A DNA stretch of 64,000 nucleotides from an uncultured Acidobacteriota bacterium (GTDB taxonomy: Bacteria; Acidobacteriota; Vicinamibacteria; Vicinamibacterales; Fen-181): contig CAWEZL010000001.1 of assembly GCA_963813585.1 (NCBI GenBank), forward strand, positions 118,056 through 182,055. Reading direction: 5' to 3'. Positions 37,045-48,973 of this stretch are shown here, piece by piece (the stretch's first letter is position 1; each line of letters begins with the position of its first letter). The translations under genes and the position numbers were made by a program. The notes beneath the pieces were generated by a model, which ran no database searches, was not told where the DNA came from, and saw nothing but the letters and a program-made list of their open reading frames with translations.

Positions 37045-38088
37045 TGCAGCAGCACCAGCTCGCTGCAGAATCCCGGCCCCATCGCCACCATCAGACCGTA
37101 TGCCCCCGGCGGAGGCGCGGCCTCCCGCATGACGTCCTCCAGGACGAGGAGGATCGACGCGGACGACAGGTTTCCGGCCTCGCGCAGGCTGCGCCAGCTC
37201 GCCTCCAGCGCGTGGTCGTCGAGGCCGAGCGCCTGCTGCATCGCCTCGAGCACCTTCGGCCCGCCGGGGTGCGACACCCAGAACCGGATGTCGGCCCGTG
37301 TCAGTCCCTGCGCGGCCAGGAAGCCGTCCACGTCGCGCGGCAGCTTCTCCATCACGACTGCCGGAACGTCCGGCGACAGGACGATGCGAAAGCCGGACTC
37401 GGAGATTGACCAGCCCATCACGTGCTCGGAGTTCGGGTAGAAGACCGAGCGCGTGGCCACGATGCGCGGCCCCGCGGCGTCGCGCCCGTCGCCCGTGACG
37501 ACCGCGGCGGCGGCCCCGTCGCCGAAGAGCCCCGTCGCAATGAGGTTCGGAACAGAGAGGTCTTCACGCTGCAGGGTCAGCGAGCAGAGTTCGACCGACA
37601 GCAGGACGGCCACCTCGTCGGGGCGTCCCCGCAGCAGGTCGGCCGCGCGCGAGAGACCAGCCGCGCCGGCAACACACCCGAGCCCGAAGATGGGCACCCG
37701 ACGGACGTGGGCCGGGAGGCACAGGCGGTTCACGAGCCGCGCGTCGAGCGACGGCGTCGAGATGCCGGTGACCGACACGAAGACGATCGCGCCCACGTCG
37801 CCGGTCTCGAGGCCCGCCGCCGCGAGCGCGTCGCGGATCGCCACGGCGCCAATCTCTTCGCCGACGCGAATCCACGCGTCGTTGGCCTGGCCCCAGCCCT
37901 GGAGTCGATCGGTACTCCTCGATCGGCAGGGCGAGGTGGCGCCCGCCGACGAGCACGTTGCGGTGGAGTTGCTCGAGGCGATCGAGGTTGTAGTGGCGTC
38001 GCGCCCAGGCCCGCTTGAAGGCGGAGATGAGCGTGGCCTGATCGTAGTAGTGCGGCGGGAAGGCCCGCCGCACGGCGGCAATTCGCAC
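37035..38088 (-). CDS. type III polyketide synthase (chalcone/stilbene synthase family), with one +1 frameshift (~37905)
   Basis: N-term VRIAAVRRAFPPHYYDQATLISAF...ALPIEEY in one frame. Then DRLQGWGQANDAWIRVGEEIG...CLPAHVRRVPIFGLGCVAGAAGL...GFRIVLSPDVP...PGFCSELVLLQW in the other. An extra C after TAC at the junction. GTG start. Confidence 0.75.
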
Positions 38089-38204
38089 GGTTCAGATCCC
38101 GGCGCCGATCATATCACCCGGCGCCGGGACGCCGGGGCGCCAGGACAGCGATAATGGTTCTGCGCCCCGAGCGCCTGGCTCGTGGCTCATCGCCCCAGAA
38201 GAGG

Positions 38205-39566
38205 CCCATGCGTTTCTCCCGGTTCCCTCTCGCCGTGGCCGCCGCCCTTCTCGTCATCCTGTCGACGTCCGGCGATCGCTGGATGGTGGTCACCAGCCGC
38301 GTCGAACGGGTTCCCACGACCGTCGTGCGGGGCCGGGACGGAGCGGCGCCACGCTTCGCGCTGGTCCCCGCCGGCGCGACCGACCCGACCGACATGACGC
38401 CGGACCAGGTGGTGCGGGTGCTGACGGACGACCTCGCCTTCGAGGCGGCCTTCGACCTGCTGGCGGCGGACGCGGTGGCCGGGCTGCCGCGACCGGTCCG
38501 GGAGGGAGACCCGGGGCTGCGCCAGTGGGGATCGCGCGGCGCCGACGGGGTGCTCTCCGTCGAACCGGTCGTCGAGGGGGATCGCCTGCGGATCGCGGTG
38601 AAGGTCTTCGACGTGGCCAGCGGCCAGATGGCCTTCGGCCGCGAGTTCGTCGGCCCCGTCGCGGCGGCGCGCACGGTGGCGCACGTTGCGGCGAACGAGC
38701 TGCACGCCGCGCAGGCGGACCTGCTGGGCGTGGCGACGACGAACCTGGCGTTCGTATCGGATCGGGCGGGCTCGCGGCGCGAGCCCACGGGCTACATGCG
38801 GCGGGTCAAGGAGATCTTCGTTGCCGACTACGACGGCGCCAACCAGCGGCGCGTGACCTTCGACGGCGACATCGTGCTGACGCCGAACTGGTCGCCCGAC
38901 GGCGCCCTGCTCGCCTACACCTCGTTCCAGGGCGGTTTCCAGGCCGTCGCCTTCGCCCGCCCTGGGGCTGGCCGCGAGGGCCGGCTCGAGGTCGGCGGCA
39001 AGAACTGGCTCCCCGCCTGGTCGCCCGACGGCAGCCGCCTCGCCTTCACCTCGAACCGCGACGGGAACGAGGAGATCTACGTCGCCGGCCGGGACGGGTC
39101 GAACCTCACCCGGCTCACTCGCCACTGGGGAATCGACACCTCGCCGGCCTGGTCGCCCGACGGCGGTCGCATCGCGTTCACGTCGGGCCGGTCCGGGCGG
39201 CCCCAGATCTGGGTGATGGACGCGGACGGGGCGAACCAGCGGCAGGTCACCGACGAGCGCTACTGTGATCGACCGACCTGGTCGCCGTCACTCTACGACG
39301 AGATCGCCTACGTCTCGCGCACGAAGACCGGCTTCGACATCATGGTGATGGAGATGGGATCGGGGACGCCGCGCCAGCTGACGCACGGCGAGGGCTTCAA
39401 CGAGAGCCCCGCGTGGGCCCCGTCGGGACGCCACCTGGCGTTCACGTCGACGCGGGCGGGCGGGCAGCAGATCTGGACGATGGCCCGAACGGGCGAGCGG
39501 CTGCGCCGCGTGACCCAGGTCGGCAACAACTCGATGCCGGCGTGGTCCGGGACGCCGGGAAGGTAG
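38205..39566 (+). CDS. TolB-like periplasmic beta-propeller protein
   Basis: Signal peptide MRFSRFPLAVAAALLVIL. TolB N-domain. Repeated PxWSPDG blades (PNWSPDGALLAY, PAWSPDGSRLAF, PAWSPDGGRIAF, PTWSP...). Confidence 0.8.
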   Translation, partial: PMRFSRFPLAVAAALLVILSTSGDRWMVVTSRVERVPTTVVRGRDGAAPRFALVPAGATDPTDMTPDQVVRVLTDDLAFEAAFDLLAADAVAGLPRPVREGDPGLRQWGSRGADGVLSVEPVVEGDRLRIAVKVFDVASGQMAFGREFVGPVAAARTVAHVAANELHAAQADLLGVATTNLAFVSDRAGSRREPTGYMRRVKEIFVADYDGANQRRVTFDGDIVLTPNWSPDGALLAYTSFQGGFQAVAFARPGAGREGRLEVGGKNWLPAWSPDGSRLAFTSNRDGNEEIYVAGRDGSNLTRLTRHWGIDTSPAWSPDGGRIAFTSGRSGRPQIWVMDADGANQRQVTDERYCDRPTWSPSLYDEIAYVSRTKTGFDIMVMEMGSGTPRQLTHGEGFNESPAWAPSGRHLAFTSTRAGGQQIWTMARTGERLRRVTQVGNNSMPAWSGTPGR

Positions 39567-39571
39567 GACCA

Positions 39572-42193
39572 TCACGGCGTTCTCGTCACATCATCCTCTC
39601 CGACCCCTGTCGTCTGCGCGCGCGGTGCCGCGCACGCCACCAGGCGACGGACTTCCGCCGGGTCGGCAGGCTTGGTGAGGTGGGCGTCGAAGCCGCTCGC
39701 CCGCGCCCGCGCCCGGTCCTCTTCCTGCCCCCAGCCCGTCACCGCCACCAGGTGGACCCCGCGCATTCCCTGGTCGGCGCGCAGGCCCCGCGCCACCTCG
39801 TAGCCATCCATCGACGGAAGACCGATGTCGAGCAGCACGACATCGGGAACCAGTTCCCTCGCGGCGGCCAGGGCCGAGGGCCCGTCGTGAGCGACCCTCA
39901 CCAGGTGGCCGTCCAGTTCGAGCATGGCCTTCATCATGTGCGCGGCGTCGAGGTTGTCGTCGACCACCAGCACATGCCGCGGCGCCCGGAACGACGGCTC
40001 CTGCTGGTCCGCCGGCTGGGAGGCCGGCCCCTCCGCCAGCGGGAGCCGGGCGAGGAACTCGCTGCCGAGACCCACGCCGGCGCTTCGGGCTTCGACGGCC
40101 CCCCCGTGCAACTCCACGATCCCCTTCACCAGCGCGAGACCGATCCCGAGCCCGCCCCCGCGGCCCTCTCCGCCCACCTGGCTGAACATCTCGAACAGGC
40201 GGGGCAGGTCCTCCTTCCGAAGGCCGATGCCCGTGTCCTTCACCGACAGCACCACCTCGTCTCCCTCGACCGCTGCAGCCACGGTGATGGTCCCGCCGTC
40301 CGGGGTGTAGCGCGCCGCGTTGTTCAGGAGGTTGATGAGCACCTGCGCCAGACGTTCCGCATCCGCCTCCAGCCACACTTGGCGTGGCGGCATCGAGATG
40401 ACCAACTCCTGCCCCGCCTGCTCGACGGCCGGCAGCGCCGCCTCAACTGCCTGCCCCACGATGCCGTCGAGCCTCACGAGGCGCTTCCGGAGCCTGATCT
40501 TGTTGCTGGCAATCCGGGTGAGATCGAGCAGGTCGTCCACCAGCCGCACGAGGTGCGCCAACTGCCGCTCGATCACGCCGATCGCCTGGCTGCTTCCCCC
40601 GTCGTTCACCGCGCCGGCCGACACGCTCGCCTGGGCGAGGACCTGCAGGGCGTATCGAATCGGCGCCAGCGGGTTGCGCAGCTCGTGGGAGAGCGTTGCG
40701 AGGAACCGGCTCTTGTGCTGATCCGCGCGGCGCAGCGCCTCTTCGGCCTTCTTGCGCTCGGTGATGTCGGTGTTCGACTCCAGGAACTCGATCGTGCCCC
40801 CGGGGCCGCTCGGCTGCGCGAGCCAGCGGCTCTCCACGGTCACCTCCCGTCCGTCCCTGGTGGTATGGGCCAGCTCGCAGGTCGCGCGGCCTTGTTCGAG
40901 CACGAGCTGACGAATGCCGCTGACGTCGGGCCGGGTGTGCAACAACTCCCCTGTCGTGCGCCCCAGGGCTTGCTCGCGCGTCCACCCGTACAGCGCCTCG
41001 GCTCCCCGGCTCCAGAAGGTGATGCGCCCTTCGCCGTCCTGGACGATTGTCGCGTCGGGGCTGAGCTCGATGAGGGCCGCCTGGCGGCGCATGCCATCCT
41101 GGAGCCTGAGCGTCGCGAGAATCTGCGAGCCCTGGAGTGCCAGCCAGCGAACCAGCCGATACTGCTCCTCGGTCCATTCGTGCTGGACGTGCCCGTATAC
41201 CTCGATCACGCCCACGCCGAATCCGGGAAACGGGATCGGCGCCGCCAGGACGGACCTGAAGCGGCGCCCCCCGGCCAGTTCCAGCAGCGCGAGGTCTGGA
41301 CGAAGCGAGCCGTCCGTCAGCGAGGCGGCCCGACCCTGCCGCATGACGAGTTCCGCGAAGGTCGCCTCGAAGCGCTCCGACGGTGCCAGCGCGGAGGCCT
41401 GTGGCACTCCCGCGCTGCCGATCACCACCAACTGTCCCTCGCGTTGCTCGCGCACGACGGCGACGGCGCCGGGCGCGCCCACCAGTTCGAGCGCCGAGGT
41501 GCAAAGGCGGTCGGCCGCCGCGCGCTCGTGCCCGACGCCGCGCGCAGCCTCGAGGAGCGACTGCAGGAGTTCCTCACGCCGGCCGAGCTCGGCGTTCAAC
41601 GCCTGGATCTCCTCGGATTGAGCCTTCAACTCCTCGTTCTGCGCCGCCAGCTCATCCGACTGCCGACCCAGTTCCACGCCGTGCCGCGTCAGCTCCTCGG
41701 TCTGCTGGCTCAGCTCCTCGGCCTGCCGCGACAGTTCCTCGTTCTGCACGACCAGCTCCGCCGCCTGCTCGCGCACCGTGGCCGCGTGCATCGCAGCCTC
41801 CTTGCGCTTCTCCTCGGCAAGGGTGAGGGCCCCCTCGAGCCGGACCCGGAGCCGGATGATCAGTTCCACGGCAAGCGCCGCCACGAGGATGTTGAACAAG
41901 GTCGCCGCGAAGCTCCAGACCGCCGCCTCGCGGGTCAGCGCGCCGGGCGACAACAGGACGGCCTGCTTGACCACGTGCATGGCCACGAAGAAGCCGGCCA
42001 TGGTCCAGAGCATCCGGCGGCTGCGGGTCCAGACGCAGACGAGCAGCGGGAGGGCGTAGGTGAGCGGGAGGATGAACGACTGGAAGACGGCCAGTCGCAG
42101 TACGCCCCAGGCGGCGACCAGAACCGCGGCGATGGCCCAGGCCACGGCCGGCCGCGGCCTGGCGAGGCGTTCCAGGGTGTGGTCAGGAGACAT
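39572..42193 (-). CDS. hybrid sensor histidine kinase/response regulator (TM, coiled coil, GAF, PAS, HisKA, HATPase, REC)
   Basis: ELSRQAEELSQQTEELTRH coiled coil. HELRNPL H-box. GGLGIGLALV G-box. C-terminal REC (VLVVDDN...DIGLPSMDG). Confidence 0.85.
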   Translation of the reverse strand: MSPDHTLERLARPRPAVAWAIAAVLVAAWGVLRLAVFQSFILPLTYALPLLVCVWTRSRRMLWTMAGFFVAMHVVKQAVLLSPGALTREAAVWSFAATLFNILVAALAVELIIRLRVRLEGALTLAEEKRKEAAMHAATVREQAAELVVQNEELSRQAEELSQQTEELTRHGVELGRQSDELAAQNEELKAQSEEIQALNAELGRREELLQSLLEAARGVGHERAAADRLCTSALELVGAPGAVAVVREQREGQLVVIGSAGVPQASALAPSERFEATFAELVMRQGRAASLTDGSLRPDLALLELAGGRRFRSVLAAPIPFPGFGVGVIEVYGHVQHEWTEEQYRLVRWLALQGSQILATLRLQDGMRRQAALIELSPDATIVQDGEGRITFWSRGAEALYGWTREQALGRTTGELLHTRPDVSGIRQLVLEQGRATCELAHTTRDGREVTVESRWLAQPSGPGGTIEFLESNTDITERKKAEEALRRADQHKSRFLATLSHELRNPLAPIRYALQVLAQASVSAGAVNDGGSSQAIGVIERQLAHLVRLVDDLLDLTRIASNKIRLRKRLVRLDGIVGQAVEAALPAVEQAGQELVISMPPRQVWLEADAERLAQVLINLLNNAARYTPDGGTITVAAAVEGDEVVLSVKDTGIGLRKEDLPRLFEMFSQVGGEGRGGGLGIGLALVKGIVELHGGAVEARSAGVGLGSEFLARLPLAEGPASQPADQQEPSFRAPRHVLVVDDNLDAAHMMKAMLELDGHLVRVAHDGPSALAAARELVPDVVLLDIGLPSMDGYEVARGLRADQGMRGVHLVAVTGWGQEEDRARARASGFDAHLTKPADPAEVRRLVACAAPRAQTTGVGEDDVTRTP

Positions 42194-43085
42194 CCGGCCC
42201 TCCGAGCTTCCGATAGAGGCAATGCCCTGCCTGTACGAGCCCGATGTCGAAGGGAGGACGCTCGGCCTTCCCGACGACGAGGAATCCGCCGGGGACCAGC
42301 GTCCCGGCGAGTTGGCGATAGATCCGTTCTGCGGCGGCCGGCTCGATGTAGATCGCCGCGTTCCGCCACAACACGACGTCCCAGGGCCCCGGCTCCGCCT
42401 TGACGTGCAGGTCGGCTGCCTTCCACGACACGGCCGAACGCAGGCGCGCGACCGCCCGGACCCGCTGCCCCTCCAGGGGCGTGAAGTACCGGGTTGCGCC
42501 GGAGGCTGACAGCGTGTCGGTCACGGGCCGGCCGTAGGTCGCCGCCCGCGCCTCCGCGATCGCGTCGTCCCGGCAGTCGGTACCAAGGAGCGTGGCCCCG
42601 TCCAGGAGGCCGGCTTCGTCGAGAAGGATCGCGATGCTGTAGAGCTCGGCGCCCGACGAGCACGCCGCGCTCCAGACGCGCGGCTTCCACGGATGCGCGA
42701 TGAGCCGTGGGAGGACGACTGCCCGGAAGTCCTCGAAGACCGGGGCGTCGCGGAAAAACCCGGTGACGCCGATCAGGAGCGTGCTGAGGACGACCGGCAG
42801 CAGCTCGCTCCGCTCCTCGAGGCGCGCTCGCGCGGCCGCGGGCGACGACACGTTCAGGATCCGCAGGCACGACGGAAGGCGCCGGGCGAAGACCCGGGAG
42901 CGGTACACGCGGGGGTCCAGCTTCGCCTGGCTGAGAACCCAGTCCGCGAACTGGCCCGCCGGTCCGGCCGGGTGAGGTGAACCGCCCGCGGAGGCCCCCG
43001 CCACCCGGCGCGTCGACGAGGGGAGGGGACCGTGTGCCGCCACCCCGCGGAAAGACACGTGTCGCAGGTCGTCCACCGCGGACAT
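42183..43085 (-). CDS. cheR: CheR-type protein-glutamate O-methyltransferase
   Basis: CheR N-domain (...LLIGVTGFFRD) and SAM-binding domain (RVWSAACSSGAELYSIAILL). Overlaps the hybrid kinase start by 11 nt. Start uncertain: the ORF is open to 43211. Confidence 0.75.
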   Translation of the reverse strand: MSAVDDLRHVSFRGVAAHGPLPSSTRRVAGASAGGSPHPAGPAGQFADWVLSQAKLDPRVYRSRVFARRLPSCLRILNVSSPAAARARLEERSELLPVVLSTLLIGVTGFFRDAPVFEDFRAVVLPRLIAHPWKPRVWSAACSSGAELYSIAILLDEAGLLDGATLLGTDCRDDAIAEARAATYGRPVTDTLSASGATRYFTPLEGQRVRAVARLRSAVSWKAADLHVKAEPGPWDVVLWRNAAIYIEPAAAERIYRQLAGTLVPGGFLVVGKAERPPFDIGLVQAGHCLYRKLGGPDVS

Positions 43086-43246
43086 GTTCGGTTGGGTCCC
43101 CCAAGCTCTGCCCGTCGCCCACGGCTCGCTTGAAACGGTTGAGAACAGGATACCTCGCCGGCCGCTGGCTGGTACCCGACAGCGGGGAGACAAAAAAGGG
43201 CGCACCGACATGCGGTGCGCCCTGGAGGGGAAGCGGAGAGCCGCGG

Positions 43247-45138
43247 TCAGCGAACCGAGAAGGTGGCGACGACCGGGTAGTGATCCGACGAGGTGCCGGT
43301 GGTGGTGACGACGCGGGTCGAGGTCGGGTTGGCGCGCCGGCCCGCGTCCGTGAAGATGTAGTCGAGCTTCATCGTCGGCGACGGTGTCCGGGCCGTGAAG
43401 CCGTTGCCCGAGCCGACCAGCCGCCAGGTGTCGAGGAAGGCTGGCGACATCCCGGAGCTGCTGCAGATCTGGTCGGGGCCGGCGTTGAAGTCGCCGCCCA
43501 CCACCTGCGGCTTCGAGAAACCCGACGCGTAGGACTTGAGCACCGACATCGAGTTGTAGCGGGCCGTGGGGTAGTCGGGCTGGAGGTGCGCGCTGAAGAC
43601 CTGCACGGTACCACGCCCGCCACGTTCACCCCCACGCGGACGAGCGCGCGGGCCGAGTGCCAGGCGTCGGCGTACGGCAACAGCCGCGAGCTGGAGCCGG
43701 TCACCGGCAGCGACGTCAGGACCGCGACCCCCTCGTCCTCGCTCGACGTGCAGGTGCTGCCGCTCAGGGCGCCGCGCGGACAGTGGTTGGCGAAGTGGCC
43801 CGACCAGGTCTGCCCGGTGCGCGTGCGAAGCTGAGCCACGTAGGTGTTGTACTGCGAGCGCAGCGCCTCCTGGATCACGACGACCTGCGGCCGCGGGCTG
43901 AGCGCCATCAGCAGGTCCATCGCCCGCTGGGCGTACGACGCGTTGGCGTTGTAGTGGATGTTCCAGGTGGCGATGGTGACGGTGGTGCCGCCGGTGGCCG
44001 GGGGGGGCGCCGTGGTGCCGGTGGACGCCGAGGCGACCTCGACGTAGTTGACGTTGAAGCTGCCGCTGTCGTAGGCGAGCGTGAGCAACTGCGACCCGGC
44101 CCCGAGCCGCACGGACAGCTCGACCGTCCGCCACGCCTGCCAGCCGCCGGTCGCCGGTACCCTGACCTGCGACCAGACGCTGCTCGCGCCGTTGAATCCG
44201 ACGTGCAGGTAGCCGCCGCTGAGCGAGGCCACCCGCAGCCGGACGGTGTACGAGCCGGCCGTCGTCACGCTCACCGAGTAGTTCGCCCACTCGCCGGCCT
44301 GGATCCACCCCACGTCGTAGCCGCCCTCGGCGCAGCGCTCGATGTCCACGCTCGTCTGGCGGTACACGCTGCCCGTGTTGCCGCTGGTCGCATCGTGGTA
44401 CGAGACGCCGTCGCTGCCGTTGTCGAAGTTCTCGGCCTCCACGCGTCCGGGCAGGCGCACGGGCGACCCGAGGTACGGGCCGGCCGCCGTCGAGACCAGC
44501 GCCGCTTCGGCGCTCGTCTCGGACACGATGGTCCGGTCGTTCGTCATCTGGCCCGGCGATTCGTACAGGTAGTTGTCCGAGCTCAGGACGATCTGGTCGA
44601 TCTGCACGCCGTCCTCGCGGGTCTGCACCCGGATCCGGTGGGTCCCCGTCGTCCCGAACCTGATGGTCGACGCCTGCGAGAGCCAGTAGGCGCCGTCCTG
44701 CCAGCCCCAGCCCGACACGCCGCAGCCGCTGCAGCGCTCGAGGTTCACGAGCAGCCCGCTGGTGGTGCCGATACGGTAGGCCGCGCTCCCGGCGGCGTTC
44801 ACCGCGTCGGAGTACTGGACCCAGACCGACTCGTTGTACTTGTTGTTGGCGGTCGCCCTGAGTCGAAGCCAGACGTGGTACGAGCCGGCCGGCGCGGTGA
44901 ACGAGGCCTCGAAGTAGTCGGCGGGCGCCGCGGCGGCCGCGTCGGTCTTCGACCAGCCGTTGTCGTTGCTGGCCAGGTACTGGCCGCCAGCCGCCGTGTC
45001 GTCGTAGGCCAGGTGCCAGTTGCCTCGAATCGTCGCGGCGTCTGATGCGCGGATGATGATTTCAGTTGCGGATGCCAGCGAGGGACAGAAGGCAAGGAGC
45101 AGGGCGATGGACCAGGCACTCACGAGTCGTCGCGTCAT
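43247..45138 (-). CDS. secreted protein with two CBM6/35-like carbohydrate-binding modules and a C-terminal endonuclease/exonuclease/phosphatase (EEP) domain; one frameshift ~43610
   Basis: Signal peptide MTRRLVSAWSIALLLAFCPSLASA. CBM motifs VEAENFDNGSDGVSYHD. EEP: TVTIATWNIHYN...VVVIQEA... then the frame switches (VNVAG|TVQVFSAHLQPDYPT...GGDFNAGPD...SDHYPVVATFSV). Confidence 0.65.
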
Positions 45139-45522
45139 CGGGCCTCCTTGAGACGCGGGGCGGCGTACGCGGCCACGGCGCCGCACGCGCCCGAGGGTGA
45201 TCACCGGGGGTGATCGAAGGAAGGTCGCAACTACAGGGGCAGCGACTGGCCGGGCCCAGGGGCAAGGAGGCGGCCAGTCCCGGTAAGTCGCCCGTGCAGA
45301 GGACTTACGCCGGCCGGGGCACGGCGCCCCCCCGGCGTTGTCCCCAATGGCAACTCAGCCATATGGAAGGAATTACACGGTCAGAGGCTGATGAGCTTGT
45401 TTCTCTCCAAAACAGGCCTTATTCGAAGAAGCACTTAAATACGGCTCAGTTGGCTGACGAGACAGCGGCGCGCCACGGATGGGGCGCGCCCCCGCCTGCC
45501 GAGCCGCAGATGGAGCGATTCG

Positions 45523-47490
<1,968 letters not shown>

Positions 47491-47580
47491 GCGGCGCCTC
47501 CTTCTGGCGGACGGTTCGGTTGACGGGATCAGCCGTCAACCAGTATGCCAGAAGGGACGGGTCGAGGCTTCGGCCTTGTG

Positions 47581-48900
47581 TTACCTGGCCACGACGACGA
47601 CCCCGTCCTTCATCACGAACGCCATCTTCTCGAGCAGGGCGATGTCGGCCAGCGGGTCGCCCTTCACGGCGACGATGTCGGCGAGGCGGCCGGGCGTGAT
47701 CGCGCCGACCTTGTCGGACCACCCCATCAGCTCGGCCCCGTTGACGGTGGCGGCCTGGATGGCCTGCATCGGAGTCTGTCCCCACTTCACCATGTGGGCG
47801 AACTGCTTCGCGTTCCACCCGTGCGGGAAGACGCCGGCGTCGGTGCCGTAGGCGATCTTCAGGCCCGCCTTCACCGCGGCCTGGAAGCTCTCGCGCTGCA
47901 GGCGCCCCACCTTCTTCTCCTTCTCGATGGTGGACGGCGGATAGCCGAGGCGGGCGTACTCGGAGAGGATGTAGTCGTCGTTGTAGATGTCGGCGACGAG
48001 CCACGTCCCGCGCTCCTTCATCATCCGGATCGCCTCGTCGTCGAGCAGGCTGCCGTGCTCGATCGAGTGGACGCCGGCCTGGACGGCGCGCTTGATCCCC
48101 TCGGTGCCGTGGGCGTGGGCCGCCACCTTGCGGTCCCACATGGCGGCCTCCTCGACGGCGACCTTCATCTCCTCCAGCGAGTACTGCGGCGCGCCGACGG
48201 ATTCCTCCTCCGAGAGCACGCCGGCGGTCGCCATGATCTTGATGACGTCGGCGCCGTACTTGATCTCCGTCCGGATCAACTTGCGAATGGCGTCCGCGCC
48301 GTCGGCGATCCCCGAGAACTGCTCGAAGCGGAGCCAGGGGGAGAAGCCGCTCACGTCGCCGTGGCTGCCGGTGGACCCGACCGTCATCGCGGCCACCTGC
48401 ATGCGGGGCCCGACGACCTGGCCGGCGTTGATCGCGTTGCGCAGCGCGACGTCCACGTATTCGCGAGCGCCCAGCACGCGCACGGTCGTGAAGCCGGCCT
48501 CCAGGGTCCGCCTTGCGTAGACGTGCGCGGTCACCGCCTCGTCCACCGCCGACTTGCGGAAGAGGTCCGAGTAGTAGTTCTCGGGCTGGCTGACGATGTG
48601 GGTGTGGGCGTCGATCAGCCCCGGCAGTACGGTGTGCGCGCGGAGGTCGATCTCCGTCGCGCCGGCCGGCACCTCGAGGCCCGGGCCGACGGCCTTGATG
48701 AGGTTTCCCTCGACCAGGATGTCCTGGTTCTGGCGGACTGTGCCTGCGACGGTGTCGACGAGGCGTCCGGCGTGAATGACGACGATCGGAACCGGCTTGG
48801 CCGGGGCGGCGGGCTCCTGGGCCACCGGGGCAGCGGCGGCGAAGACGACGAGGGCGAGGATCGCGAAGGGGGCCCTGCGGAGGAAGCGCGCGTGCGTCAT
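47581..48900 (-). CDS. secreted amidohydrolase-family metallo-hydrolase
   Basis: Signal peptide. Amidohydrolase metal ligands LPGLIDAHTH, ...HAHG..., ...YGTDAGV. Confidence 0.85.
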   Translation of the reverse strand: MTHARFLRRAPFAILALVVFAAAAPVAQEPAAPAKPVPIVVIHAGRLVDTVAGTVRQNQDILVEGNLIKAVGPGLEVPAGATEIDLRAHTVLPGLIDAHTHIVSQPENYYSDLFRKSAVDEAVTAHVYARRTLEAGFTTVRVLGAREYVDVALRNAINAGQVVGPRMQVAAMTVGSTGSHGDVSGFSPWLRFEQFSGIADGADAIRKLIRTEIKYGADVIKIMATAGVLSEEESVGAPQYSLEEMKVAVEEAAMWDRKVAAHAHGTEGIKRAVQAGVHSIEHGSLLDDEAIRMMKERGTWLVADIYNDDYILSEYARLGYPPSTIEKEKKVGRLQRESFQAAVKAGLKIAYGTDAGVFPHGWNAKQFAHMVKWGQTPMQAIQAATVNGAELMGWSDKVGAITPGRLADIVAVKGDPLADIALLEKMAFVMKDGVVVVAR

Positions 48901-48973
48901 AGGAGCCGGATTCTATCCGATGTTCATGACGTCGTGGTGTTCTCCGTGCGGCGGAGTCGCGCCGCGCGCGCAC

